Part shown: in pieces, positions 27,599 through 38,177 of the stretch
Layout of the letters: each line of letters opens with the position of its first letter
Position numbering within the stretch: the stretch's first letter is position 1
From: a virus
Lineage: Duplodnaviria > Caudoviricetes
Reading direction: 5' to 3' (one strand)
DNA length: 55,766 bases
Virus record (IMG/VR): IMGVR_UViG_3300046171_000083
Coordinates: 1 to 55,766 of that record
The notes under the pieces: generated by a model
What the model was told of the DNA's origin: nothing
What the model saw: the letters and a program-made list of their open reading frames with translations, nothing else
Database searches by the model: none
Translations under genes and position numbers: made by a program

Positions 27599-28666
27599 AT
27601 GACCTTAACATTTGGAATAGAAATAGAAACGTACCGCAATTCAGTTAGCATTGTTCAAAGCGCATTACATAATAACGGCATAAAAGGCTGTTTAGTAAAA
27701 CCCGATGGAACGCCTAGTGTGGATGCCGAAATAGTATTGCCACCGATAACATTATGCCAAGTTGGTAAAGAATACCTTGAAAGCGTTTGTACTGTATTGA
27801 GTAACGCGGATTGCCGCATTAATCAATCATGTGGATTGCACGTTCACATAGGCAACGCGCCACTAGCCGACACAACTCACGCGGCACGTTTTACAGGCGA
27901 TAGTATTTTACATACTGAGCGTACAGGCCGTTTTTTATCAGAGCATGGCGATACTTTTGAGTTTCCAATAGTAAAAGATTTAAATTGGCGTTGGGAACGT
28001 CAACAAAATATTATCAATGGCATGTTTCCTAGATCTCGCACCAATAACAGATATTGCAAACCATTGAACGCCACCAAAATTGAAAACGCCAATACTATTA
28101 GCGAATTAAATCATGGCAAGTTTTACGCTATTAACCTTGATACTTGGCGTAACGGTACCATAGAATTTAGGCAGCATAGCGGCACGATTGAAGCCGACAA
28201 AATTTGGCGTTGGATGCAATTCTTAGACAATTTTGTTAATTGGACGATTGAAGCAAGAGTTGAACAAGGCAATAGATCGACAACGATTGAAACGCCTATC
28301 GCGCCATTTCGCAATGGTTCAAGAGTTGGCGTTCAATATACTATGATGCGAAATGACAACGGCGTATCAACTCGAGAAATTATGGATGCAACAGGTTGTA
28401 GCGAACAACGCGTTCGCGCCGCCGTTTCCGAAATTAGACAACGCGTTGGTGATAATGCTGTAGTCACTCATACGCAACAATCCAACGGCGCTAGATATGG
28501 TGATGGTACGGATCTTACACGTTATCAAGTTCTACAAACTATTGAGAGCGAGACAAACGGCGTGACATTACTTCCCGAAAATAGAATTGGCATACCTAGC
28601 ATTTGGGCGGGATTGGACGATAGCGAGTTCGAGCATTGGCAAAATAGAATATCCGCGCTGCGATAG
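27599..28666 (+). CDS. Putative amidoligase (COOH-NH2 ligase type) with C-terminal HTH-like region
   Basis: TFGIEIE, CGLHVHIG, KFYAIN and GTIEFRQHSGT; C-terminal VSTREIMDATGCSEQRVRAAVSEIR. Confidence 0.85.
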   Translation: MTLTFGIEIETYRNSVSIVQSALHNNGIKGCLVKPDGTPSVDAEIVLPPITLCQVGKEYLESVCTVLSNADCRINQSCGLHVHIGNAPLADTTHAARFTGDSILHTERTGRFLSEHGDTFEFPIVKDLNWRWERQQNIINGMFPRSRTNNRYCKPLNATKIENANTISELNHGKFYAINLDTWRNGTIEFRQHSGTIEADKIWRWMQFLDNFVNWTIEARVEQGNRSTTIETPIAPFRNGSRVGVQYTMMRNDNGVSTREIMDATGCSEQRVRAAVSEIRQRVGDNAVVTHTQQSNGARYGDGTDLTRYQVLQTIESETNGVTLLPENRIGIPSIWAGLDDSEFEHWQNRISALR

Positions 28667-28685
28667 GGCAGCGCATAAAATTAAG

Positions 28686-28710
28686 AGCGGGCATTGCCCG
28701 CTTTTTTTTT
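28686..28710 (+). terminator. Intrinsic terminator
   Basis: AGCGGGC-ATT-GCCCGCT followed by a T-run. Confidence 0.85.
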
Positions 28711-28713
28711 GCA

Positions 28714-28954
28714 AGGTACCCTAAGCAATATGAACAATTGTTCGGATTATCGGGGCGGGCAGGTATGGTCCCCCCCTGTTTGTACTTGTGTCGGTCAGTC
28801 AGCTTACACTAAGTTTTCCACCAACAGCCACCACAAAAAAATTTTTTAAAAAAAATCGCAAGGTACCCTATAGACATTAGGACTCCCCCATAAAGGGGGG
28901 TGTCCATGTCTGTCTGTCTTAGGTACCCTACCCTTCCCCTTGACAGGTACCCTA
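28714..28954 (+). repeat. Four direct copies of AGGTACCCTA
   Basis: Exact copies at 28714, 28861, 28921 and 28945 in non-coding DNA. Confidence 0.8.
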
Positions 28955-28968
28955 GACAGTCCCATAAT
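28940..28968 (+). promoter_or_regulatory. Sigma70-like promoter
   Basis: TTGACA, 17 nt, CATAAT. Contains AGGTACCCTA and TCCCATA. Confidence 0.7.
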
Positions 28969-29000
28969 ATGCTAAACATTAGTAATAAGGAGAAAAGGTT

Positions 29001-29264
29001 ATGGCTAGTTTTGCATTTTTTAGCAAGAATTGTAGTAGTGCGGATTCTGTCTGCATTAATATAGATCAGATTTCGTATTTTACGGAGTTACCATTCGGCA
29101 ACGATAGAGGCACTAGAATATATTTTACTTTTACTGATGAAGATGGTGATCCTTGTTATATTGATGTTATGGGCAATGTAAATGCGACTGAGCGTCAAAT
29201 TATGAAGGTTCATAAAAGGTTTGGTAATGATTTAAACTTAACGCGAGAACCAATTGATGCCTAG
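29001..29264 (+). CDS. Hypothetical protein
   Basis: 87 aa, AAGGAG RBS. Confidence 0.65.
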   Translation: MASFAFFSKNCSSADSVCINIDQISYFTELPFGNDRGTRIYFTFTDEDGDPCYIDVMGNVNATERQIMKVHKRFGNDLNLTREPIDA

Positions 29265-29493
29265 ATATAAGTTAGATTATTGTGAAGTTCTTGAGTTTGA
29301 GGCGCAGACTGCGAGTGAGGTTGTGCCGTTTATTGCTGTGAGTCATATGATGGGTGGCGAGAGCGAGTTAAAGTTTGTTCGTAGGTTAGCGATTGAGATG
29401 TGCGAGTATAACGGCAAGAATTATTGTTATTCTAATAGGCATAGGTTGGCAAAAAGCATGATGAAGAATGGATTGTTAGAGTGTGTTGATTAA
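29257..29493 (+). CDS. Hypothetical protein
   Basis: 78 aa, overlaps the previous ORF end. Confidence 0.55.
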   Translation: MPRYKLDYCEVLEFEAQTASEVVPFIAVSHMMGGESELKFVRRLAIEMCEYNGKNYCYSNRHRLAKSMMKNGLLECVD

Positions 29494-29541
29494 ATTTTAA
29501 CTTGCTGTTAGGATGTCGTTAAATTTTATAGGGGTTTAATT

Positions 29542-30489
29542 ATGAACCAATTAGATTTAATCAATCAAATAATGAGCAGACGGCGAAATGTTTTTAATGA
29601 CAGGCGTGGATTAGGATCTTCTAGAACTATGAACCCTAGACAGATAGCGATTTTAAAATATTTACAAAATAGGGATAGGAGCAGGGGTCCGAGGGGGATT
29701 AATTTGCCTGGAGTTCCAGGTGCTCGTTATATAGACACGATACGCAATCCTGATAGGAGGATGCCTAATCCTCTTCCGCCGAATGTAATGCCAGAGCCTT
29801 TGCCACCTGCGGATGATTTCCGTCCTAGGCTACCAAATTTGCCGCCTATTTATCGCGGTGGACCTGCTCTTCCGCCGAATATGCCTACAATTCCTATTCC
29901 TCGTGATCCTGAAGACTACCGATTAGATCCTCCTATGCCGTATCCTCCTATTAATGCGCCTCGTCCTCCGAATGCTACTCAGCCTTTACCCCTTCCTTTT
30001 ACAGATGAGCAGAAAAAAATTGATGCAATTAAAAAAAGGATAGACGATATTATCCGAAATCCTCGACCTCCTGTGACGCGTCCTATGCCAATGCCTCCTG
30101 TAGCACGACCTCCTATGGCACAGCCTGTAGTTAATCCTGCGCCACAGCCGAGGGTTACACCTACGCCTTCGCCGCCTATGACTCCACCTTCATCTGTTAA
30201 TACGACTCCTAATCTTTCGTATCCGTATCAGCAACCCTATCAACAGCCTTACCAACAACCATACCAACAGCCATATCAGCAACCATACCAACAACCGTAT
30301 GGTCAGCCATATCAGCAGCCGTATCAAAGTCCTCTTTCTGGTTTTGGTCTTGGCGCTATGTTTGGTAGCACTTCACCTACATATGGTGGGGGTATGGGTA
30401 ATTTTGGGAGTGTTTATGGAACGTATAACAATAGTTATGGCGGTTCTCAGAATCAATTTCAAAGTCAGCCTTCGCAGCCTCAGTATTAA
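29542..30489 (+). CDS. Pro/Arg-rich low-complexity protein with PYQQ tandem repeats
   Basis: 315 aa; nine PYQQ-type units at 30223-30330 with synonymous codon variation. Confidence 0.7.
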   Translation: MNQLDLINQIMSRRRNVFNDRRGLGSSRTMNPRQIAILKYLQNRDRSRGPRGINLPGVPGARYIDTIRNPDRRMPNPLPPNVMPEPLPPADDFRPRLPNLPPIYRGGPALPPNMPTIPIPRDPEDYRLDPPMPYPPINAPRPPNATQPLPLPFTDEQKKIDAIKKRIDDIIRNPRPPVTRPMPMPPVARPPMAQPVVNPAPQPRVTPTPSPPMTPPSSVNTTPNLSYPYQQPYQQPYQQPYQQPYQQPYQQPYGQPYQQPYQSPLSGFGLGAMFGSTSPTYGGGMGNFGSVYGTYNNSYGGSQNQFQSQPSQPQY

Positions 30490-30499
30490 GGAGATTTAG

Positions 30500-33410
30500 A
30501 TGCCGATTCCCGTAAAGACAGGTATGCCAGGTACACCTCCTCCGATGGGTGGCCCACCTCCTCCGATTGGCGGAACGCCACCGATGGTTCCGATGGGTGG
30601 TCCTGGTACTTTTCCTGTACCGCAGGGTGGCAATCCGTTTGCGCCTATGCCACCTATGCCATTGGCGGGTATGCCTCCTCCGCAGCCTCAGATGGCGCAG
30701 CCTCAGATGCCACAGCAGGGTTCAAATGCGCCTAGAAGGAGGCGTTTTGGTGACTCGTTAGAGAGTATGATGAACCGCAATATGTTTGCGGCGCAGCAGC
30801 GTCCGTTACCGATGCCACAACGTCCACCTCAGATGATGCCGCAACAGCGTATGGTTGCGCCTAACACGCCTATGATGAGAACGCCAACGCCGCGTCCTAT
30901 GCAGATGGGCGGTATAGTTGGTGGTTTAGGTCCGATTACGAATGATTCTAGAACTAGGCTTGGCGATACTCAGTATTTTGACGATGGTGGTGCTGTTAAT
31001 AGATTTGATCCTGATACGAGCACTTATGAGATTGGCGATTCATCTTTTACGATGGGCGATACATACGGCGAGGAGGAATTACCTGCTAGTGTTGCGTATT
31101 CAAAACAGGTTCAGGAGAACAGGGAGGCTCAAGGTTTACCTACTAATGAGTCTAGTGCTTGGAATTTGTATCAAAAGGGTGAGCATTGGAGTCAGCAATA
31201 TCAAGCTCAAGACCCCTGTTGAAGAGCAGAAGAGCCCTGTTGAGGTAATAGATCCTGTTGAGAAAATAGATCCTGTTGAGGAAGTTAAGCCTGTTGAGGA
31301 GGTTCAGCCTTCTGTATCTTACTCTCCTGTTGTTCAACAGCCTGTTGTTCAGGAGCCTATTAACTATGACAATTTCACAGGAGATATTGGTTCAATTACT
31401 GGTGGTTATCCAGAGGGTCAGCAAACATATGAGATGTCTGCTTTATATGGTCCTAAAATAAACATTCCAAAATATGAATCTAAGTTTGTTCAAGACCCTG
31501 TAACTAACACTTTAACGACTACAGCGGGTCCGACAATGACTGCGGTTAGTCCTATTGGTGCTATTAATTTACCTGCGAGTCCGATTGAATTTAATATTTT
31601 CGATTATTTAGTAGATCCTGTGTATGGGTCAATAAATGACGATGATGATGTTGAAGAGTTTGAGGACGGTGGCATTGTTCAGTATTTTGCGAATGGCGGT
31701 AATGCGAATGCGCAAGCTGCGGCGAGTATGATGTCTGCGGGTATTGGGAATGTTGGCGGCAAGGCGATTACGTCAGAGGCTCAAAGTGTACAAGATAGTT
31801 TTTCTGATGCATCTAGTAGACGAAAGAGAAGAAGACGTAGAAGAAAAGCTAGAGAAGAGGCTGAGAGGTTAGCGTCAGAACAATTAGCGTTAGAATCAGC
31901 GGCACAGCAGAATAATCCTAACATAGATGGTCCGATGGAGAGTGCTTTACAGAATTACGGTGGCACGGCTTTTCAGAGTGCTGCTACTCTTCCTCCTTCT
32001 TCTGATGTAACTCCAGAGATTTTTGTTCCAGAAGTTGGTGCTGAATCAGGTTTTGCATCAAATTTTATGAACATAGAGCGACCTGATAGGATTTTAGACA
32101 GGGAGGCGGCGCTGTTCCCAGATTTGCGAGATGATGATCCTGCTTTAACGCAGAACATTATACCATCTGAAGTTGACCCTGGATCTCAATATACTTATGA
32201 CCAAGGCGCGATTGGTTTTGGTGATAACCAAGATATTACTAATCCAGATTTGGGTGCAGGCGCTGATGTTGATCAATCTGGCGTTGGCCTTCCTTCTGGA
32301 ATATATTCTCCTGAAATGATTAGGCTAAATTTTGGTATGGATGATAAAGCTGAATTTCCTGCTTTACCAGGCAACAGAGAGTTTAAGCCTGAAGGCACTC
32401 AGATTGCGCCCGAAGCGGCAACGGTAACTCCTACTGAAAACTTTGAGAGCACTAGGGCGATGTTGGAGTCAAATGTTTTTGACCCTGACAAACTTGATCC
32501 GAGGGGCGATCAGATTGTATCACCAACTGGGACAGGAATAGGACAAAAAATTACTCCACCGAAAGCAATTACAGGCGTTGATGCTCAAGCGGATCAATAC
32601 AGACCTTCAGTAAACGCTGCGGAAGCTGCTTATTTGCAAGAAGCTTTGGATCAGCAAATTGAATATAATGATGAAGGTGAATTAGTTGCCTCAGATCCAA
32701 ATTTTCTTGAAGAAGTTTTTGGTAAAGTTATTAAAAATTTAACATTTAATATGTATGATCCTAATAATCCTCAGAAGAAAGAGGACGCCAAGGCTATCTT
32801 AGATGCTTATAGGGAAACTGGTAAATTTGTTTATGATGGCAAAGAATTGAGTCTTACTGAACTTATAAAAGCGTCAAAAGACGAGGGCATTCAACCTGCT
32901 GTGATTGGTGTTGAGGGTGCAGATGGAACTGTTGGCTTTGACGATGGCACAGGCTTTAGAAACATCATGGGCGATTATGATATGGGCAAGGGCATAGGCA
33001 GTGATACGGAAAATATCCTAACTGGCTCTACAGATATATTTGGCGGTGGTGATAATCTTACAGACATAACAACAACTGGTGGTGATGACCGTTCAGATGG
33101 GCCAGATACAGGCTTCATAACTGATGAAGATGGCAACATTATTTGTAACACTGAAGGGTATGTTCATAATCCTGAAACAAATATGTGTGAACCTGCAAAA
33201 GAAGAAGAGGAAGGTGAGTCTAGCGGATCGCCCTCAATTGATATTGGTAAAGTGGGGCCAACAGAGAGTTTTGAGGATATTATGAAGCGAGTTGTAGTAG
33301 CTGCGCCAAACATTGCTCCTATATCTGCAAATGTTCAGCCTATGCAAGAGGGTGGCATGGCAGGTTTAAATCGCGCTGCGGATAATTTTTTGCAGGCTCT
33401 CGCGGGGTAA
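30500..33410 (+). CDS. Large Pro/Met-rich then acidic, disordered-looking protein (frameshift near 31210)
   Basis: AAGGAG RBS at 30500. ORF 30500-31222 and the PVEE-repeat frame ending at 33410 share xxGG motifs and appear to be one gene. Confidence 0.6.
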
Positions 33411-33413
33411 CTT

Positions 33414-34893
33414 ATGAATGAGCTTAGTGACTTTACTAAGTATCTGACCGATGAAGAGTTAGCTAAAGTCGCTCCCATGTTGGAGCGTCTTAAAGTATTA
33501 GATGATAGAACAGAAAAACACGATAACTTTATGAACTTTGTGAGGCATGTTTGGCCTCAGTTTATTGAAGGATCGCATCATAAAATTTACGCTGAGAAGT
33601 TACAAGCAGTAGCGGATGGCAAGCTGAAGCGGTTGATTATTAATATGCCGCCACGACATACGAAAGTCTGAGTTTGCGAGTTATTTATTTCCCACATGGC
33701 TTATGGGGAGAAAGCCAGATTTAAAGATTATTCAAGCAACGCACACAGCGGAGCTTGCTGTTGGTTTTGGTAGAAAGGTTAAGAACCTTATAGATAGCGA
33801 GGATTTTAGAGATGTCTTTCCTAATGTCAGTCTTGCGACAGACGCTAAAGCGTCTGGTCGATGGAGTACGAATGGTGGTGGTGAATACTACGCTGTGGGT
33901 GTGGGCGGCGCTCTCGCGGGTCGCGGCGCTGATTTGGCGATTATTGACGATCCCGTTTCGGAACAGGATGCGTTAAGCGTTAGCGCATTAGATAATATCT
34001 ACGAATGGTATACTTCTGGTCCTAGGCAGCGTTTGCAGCCTGGAGGCGCGATTATCATTGTGATGACGCGATGGAGCATTCGTGATCTAACTGCAAAGGT
34101 TTTGCAGAAACAAAGTGATAGAGGCGCAGATCAATGGGAGGTTGTAGAGTTCCCTGCAATCATGCCATCTGGAAAATCTCTATGGCCTGAGTTCTGGTCG
34201 TTGGAGGAGTTAGAGAGCGTAAAGGCTTCTATTCCTGTAGGCAAGTGGAACTCACAGTATATGCAGAACCCGACTGCTGAAGAGGGTGCGATTGTAAAAC
34301 GTGAATGGTGGAACTTGTGGCAGAAGGAAGACCCACCTTTTTGCAGCTATATTATTCAAAGTTATGACACGGCGTTTAGCAAAAGCGACAGGGCAGACTA
34401 CTCTGCGATTACAACTTGGGGTATATTCCATCACGAGGATACAGGCGAGGATCATATTATTTTACTTGACGCTGTTCGTGGTAGATGGGAGTTTCCTGAG
34501 TTAAAGGAAGCGGCAAATGATTTGTTTCAAGAATTTGATCCTGATATGGTTTTGATAGAGCAAAAGGGTTCTGGGATGCCGTTGACACAGGAATTAAGAA
34601 GAATGGGTATACCTGTGACTCCTTTCACACCTGGGCGTGGTGCAGATAAGTTTACGAGAATGCATGCTTGCGCTCCTGTGTTTGAAAGCGGTATGGTTTG
34701 GGCACCAGAAACTGGTTTTGCCGATGAGGTTATTGAGGAATGCGCCGCATTTCCAAATGGTGAACATGATGACTTGGCGGATTCGATGACTCAGGCTATA
34801 CTACGTTTTAGACAGGGTGGTTTTATTACGACCCCAAGTGATTATGAGGACGATGATTTAATGTACTCTCGCAGACGAAAGGAATATTACTAA
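33414..34893 (+). CDS. terL: Terminase large subunit (1-nt frameshift near 33664)
   Basis: RLIINMPPRHTK joins SEFASYLFP after removing one A. LAIIDDP, VMTRW, QSYDTA, FPNGEHDDLADS. Confidence 0.93.
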
Positions 34894-35291
34894 TGGCTAA
34901 AAAAGGTAGAAACGTAGCTCGTAAGACTATGAGTAGATCTGATGACTTGCTAGAAGCTGCGGGATTTTTAGCTGCGCCTGAAGCACAGAAAAAAAGAATA
35001 GAAGATGCATTAGCAGATGCTATGACAACAGATCCTATTCCAAGGCCAAAAATGAGGCCAAAGAAATTAACAAAGCCAAAAAGGAGGCCAGAGGAAATGA
35101 GAGAAGGTGGATTAATTGGTGGTCAGAAAAAACTTGATAAAAATAAAGATGGAAAAATATCAGGTGCAGATTTTAAAATGATGGAAGATGGTGGAGAAGT
35201 TAAAGGGAAAAAAAGTAAAAAAAGTAAAGGAAATATGTGTCGTGGCGGTGGTGCCGCTCTTCGTGGCATTAGTTTTTCTGGGACTAAATAA
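34893..35291 (+). CDS. Basic hypothetical protein with EF-hand-like loop and xxGG motifs
   Basis: LDKNKDGKISGADF; MREGG, MEDGG and CRGGGAALRG. Confidence 0.7.
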   Translation: MAKKGRNVARKTMSRSDDLLEAAGFLAAPEAQKKRIEDALADAMTTDPIPRPKMRPKKLTKPKRRPEEMREGGLIGGQKKLDKNKDGKISGADFKMMEDGGEVKGKKSKKSKGNMCRGGGAALRGISFSGTK

Positions 35292-35502
35292 TGAGAGATA
35301 TGACTTACAAAATTGATATAGAAAAATTAAAATCTGGTGTAAATCAGGTTTTCTTTGATTGCTGTGAGTCACAGAATATTGAGGTTGGGGCGGAGGATAT
35401 CGAATGTGGCATCTCCCTGCCCATTGATGCAGGCGCTCCCAAAGTGTTACTGCTCCATGATGGTTGAGCGACTTTCGCTCCAACACCTAAAAGGGAAAGA
35501 AA

Positions 35503-37938
35503 ATGGCTATTGAAAGAGATGCAGGTCCAGGCGGCGCTTTAGAGCAACAGATGCTCGAACAAGCTGAAGTGTTGGTTGGAGATGCGATAGGTGAAAACCC
35601 TGGAGTTTTTAACTTTGACGATGGCTCTGCTATTGTTGGGGAATATACAGAAACGGAAGCAACGGTAGAAGTTGCTTTTGATTCTAATTTAGCAGATGTC
35701 ATGGAAGAGGGAGATCTTGGTCAAATATCAAATGATTTGATTGGGAGCATTGACGATGATTTTTCATCAAGACAGGATTGGGAAGACACATACAAACGTG
35801 GCCTAAATTACTTAGGAATGCAGAATGAAGAAAGAGTTGAGCCTTTTGAGGGTTCCTCTGGTGTTGTTCATCCTCTTTTGGCTGAAAGTGTTACACAATT
35901 TCAAGCACAGGCGTACCGTGAGATGTTGCCTGCCACTGGCCCTGTTAGAACACAGGTAGTTGGAGGCCAAAATGAACAGCTTGTAAAGCAAGCTGAACGT
36001 GTAAAAGACTACATGAACTACATGATTACATATGAAATGGAAGAGTATGACCCAGAAATGGATCAAATGCTCTTTTATTTGCCCGTAATTGGTTCTACTT
36101 TTAAAAAAATATATTTTGATCCTCTGAAGGGTCGTGCGGTTAGTCAATTTGTTCATGCTGAAGACCTAGTTGTTCCTTATGGAGCTACAGATCTAGCCAC
36201 GTCTCCTAGAATTACGCATGTAATTAAGATGGATTCTAATGAAGTTAAGAAACTTCAGTTAGCAGGCTTCTATAAAAATGTTGATTTGCCCGAAAACGGC
36301 ATTAGCGCGGATGAAATGTCAGAAGTTCAGGAGTCAATAAATGAAATTCAAGGGGTTCACCCTAGTAATTCGTCTGTTGAATTAACACTATACGAGGTTC
36401 ATACAGATTTGGACCTCATTGGCTTTGAAGATATGGGTCAGGACGGTGCTCCTAGTGGCTTAAAGCTGCCATATATAGTTACAATAATAGAGGATACGAA
36501 CCAGATTCTTTCAATTCGTAGAAATTACGATGAAATGGACCCAATGATGAAGCGTAAGCAGTATTTTGTGCATTACAAGTTTCTTCCAGGGTTAGGATTC
36601 TATGGTCTTGGCCTTACGCACATGATTGGTGGACTAGCACAAGCTTCTACTTCAATTTTACGCCAATTAATTGATGCAGGTACGCTTTCTAACTTGCCTG
36701 CGGGATTTAAGGCTCGTGGCGCGAGGATTCGAGAGGAAGATAACCCAATACAGCCTGGAGAATTTAGAGATATAGACGTTGCAGGCTCTGATATACGGTC
36801 TTCTTTGATGCCTTTGCCATTTAAAGAGCCTTCAGGTACATTGTATAACCTTTTGGGTACTCTCGTGGACGCAGGGCGGCGTTTTGCGGCTATGGCAGAC
36901 ATGAAAATAGCTGAAATGAGCGGTGAAACGCCTGTTGGAACAACAATGGCTATTATGGAACGCGGTACAAAAGTCATGTCTGCGATTCATAAACGCATGC
37001 ATTATTCGCAAAAAATTGAGTTTAAACTTTTGGCAAAAGTATTTTCTGAAACAATTCAGATGTACCCTTATATGCCATCTACAGAGTTTGGACCCGAAGT
37101 CTTTGCGCAAGACTTTGATGCTAGAGTTGATGTTCTCCCTGTTAGTGACCCGAACATCTTTTCAATGGCACAGCGTATTGCACTTGCGCAAACACAGTTG
37201 CAGCTAGTTCAGTCAAACCCACAGATTCACGGTGGACCGCAAGGATTATACCAAGCATATCGAAAAATGTATGAGGCGCTTGGAGTAAACAATATTGATT
37301 CAATATTACCACCGCCCCCACAGCCAATGCCAATGAACGCAGCTATGGAAAATAAAATGGCAATCACTGGTGGTATGCCTCAAGCCTTTCCACAACAAGA
37401 TCATAAGGCTCATATGGAAACACATTTAGCAATTATGTCTACGCCTGTGGTTCAAACCAATCCACAAGCTATGGCAACGCTACAAGGACATATTCAAGAA
37501 CATATTGGTATGTTAGCAGAGCAGCAAGCACAACAAATGGTTATGGAGCAAGCAGGGCCAGAGGTTCAACAGAATCCAGAAGCTATGCAGATGTTACAGC
37601 CTGCTATTGAGCGTCAAGCGGCTGTGCTAATAGCTGATTTAACTGAAGAATTTACTCAAACTGTTGAGCCTGTAGGTGAGGGAACCGATCCTCTTGTTGC
37701 AATTAGACAACAAGAATTACAATTAAAAGCAGCAGATATGCAACGTAAATCTTCCGAATTTGAAGCTAAACAAGACTTAGAACGCACAAGAGATGCGGCA
37801 GAAGCTGAGTTGGCTGAAGATAGGTTAGAACTACAAGAAGAAGCTCTAGCCGATAAAACAAGAGTCGCAGAAGATCGTATTCAGACACAAAGAGATATTG
37901 CGACTCTCAACGCACAAATGAAGGGAGTCAGACAATGA
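35503..37938 (+). CDS. Portal protein (P22-like, long C-terminal barrel)
   Basis: 811 aa after terL; HPLLAESVTQFQA, GSTFKKIYFD, LRQLIDAG; Gln-rich coiled-coil C-terminus. Confidence 0.88.
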   Translation: MAIERDAGPGGALEQQMLEQAEVLVGDAIGENPGVFNFDDGSAIVGEYTETEATVEVAFDSNLADVMEEGDLGQISNDLIGSIDDDFSSRQDWEDTYKRGLNYLGMQNEERVEPFEGSSGVVHPLLAESVTQFQAQAYREMLPATGPVRTQVVGGQNEQLVKQAERVKDYMNYMITYEMEEYDPEMDQMLFYLPVIGSTFKKIYFDPLKGRAVSQFVHAEDLVVPYGATDLATSPRITHVIKMDSNEVKKLQLAGFYKNVDLPENGISADEMSEVQESINEIQGVHPSNSSVELTLYEVHTDLDLIGFEDMGQDGAPSGLKLPYIVTIIEDTNQILSIRRNYDEMDPMMKRKQYFVHYKFLPGLGFYGLGLTHMIGGLAQASTSILRQLIDAGTLSNLPAGFKARGARIREEDNPIQPGEFRDIDVAGSDIRSSLMPLPFKEPSGTLYNLLGTLVDAGRRFAAMADMKIAEMSGETPVGTTMAIMERGTKVMSAIHKRMHYSQKIEFKLLAKVFSETIQMYPYMPSTEFGPEVFAQDFDARVDVLPVSDPNIFSMAQRIALAQTQLQLVQSNPQIHGGPQGLYQAYRKMYEALGVNNIDSILPPPPQPMPMNAAMENKMAITGGMPQAFPQQDHKAHMETHLAIMSTPVVQTNPQAMATLQGHIQEHIGMLAEQQAQQMVMEQAGPEVQQNPEAMQMLQPAIERQAAVLIADLTEEFTQTVEPVGEGTDPLVAIRQQELQLKAADMQRKSSEFEAKQDLERTRDAAEAELAEDRLELQEEALADKTRVAEDRIQTQRDIATLNAQMKGVRQ

Positions 37939-38177
37939 CCAGTAGTGTAAGGGCTAAAATGGCTCAAACTGAAAAAGAAAAGAAAGTAGCTAAAAGAGAA
38001 GCTATGTCTTCTTCAGAAACAGTTACAGAAATGGTTCGTGCTCGTAGCGATAAAGGACATTATATATCAGATGACCCAAGCACCCCAGAAAACGAAGCGT
38101 GGGTTGAGAATCCCAAAAAGAAGGCGGCCCCTAAAAAGAAAGCCCCTGCCAAAAAGAAAACTGCAAAAAAAAATTAG
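37935..38177 (+). CDS. Small basic protein with histone-like KKAAPKKK tail
   Basis: RARSDKGHYISDDPSTPENEAW followed by a Lys/Ala/Pro tail. Confidence 0.65.
   Translation: MTSSVRAKMAQTEKEKKVAKREAMSSSETVTEMVRARSDKGHYISDDPSTPENEAWVENPKKKAAPKKKAPAKKKTAKKN

Noticed and set aside
33414-34893. Programmed frameshifts or pseudogenes in terL, primase-helicase, adaptor and other split genes
   Set aside because: About ten breaks genome-wide, mostly one extra base in short homopolymers, interrupt essential motifs such as Walker A. Sequencing or assembly error is the simpler explanation; read polishing would confirm.
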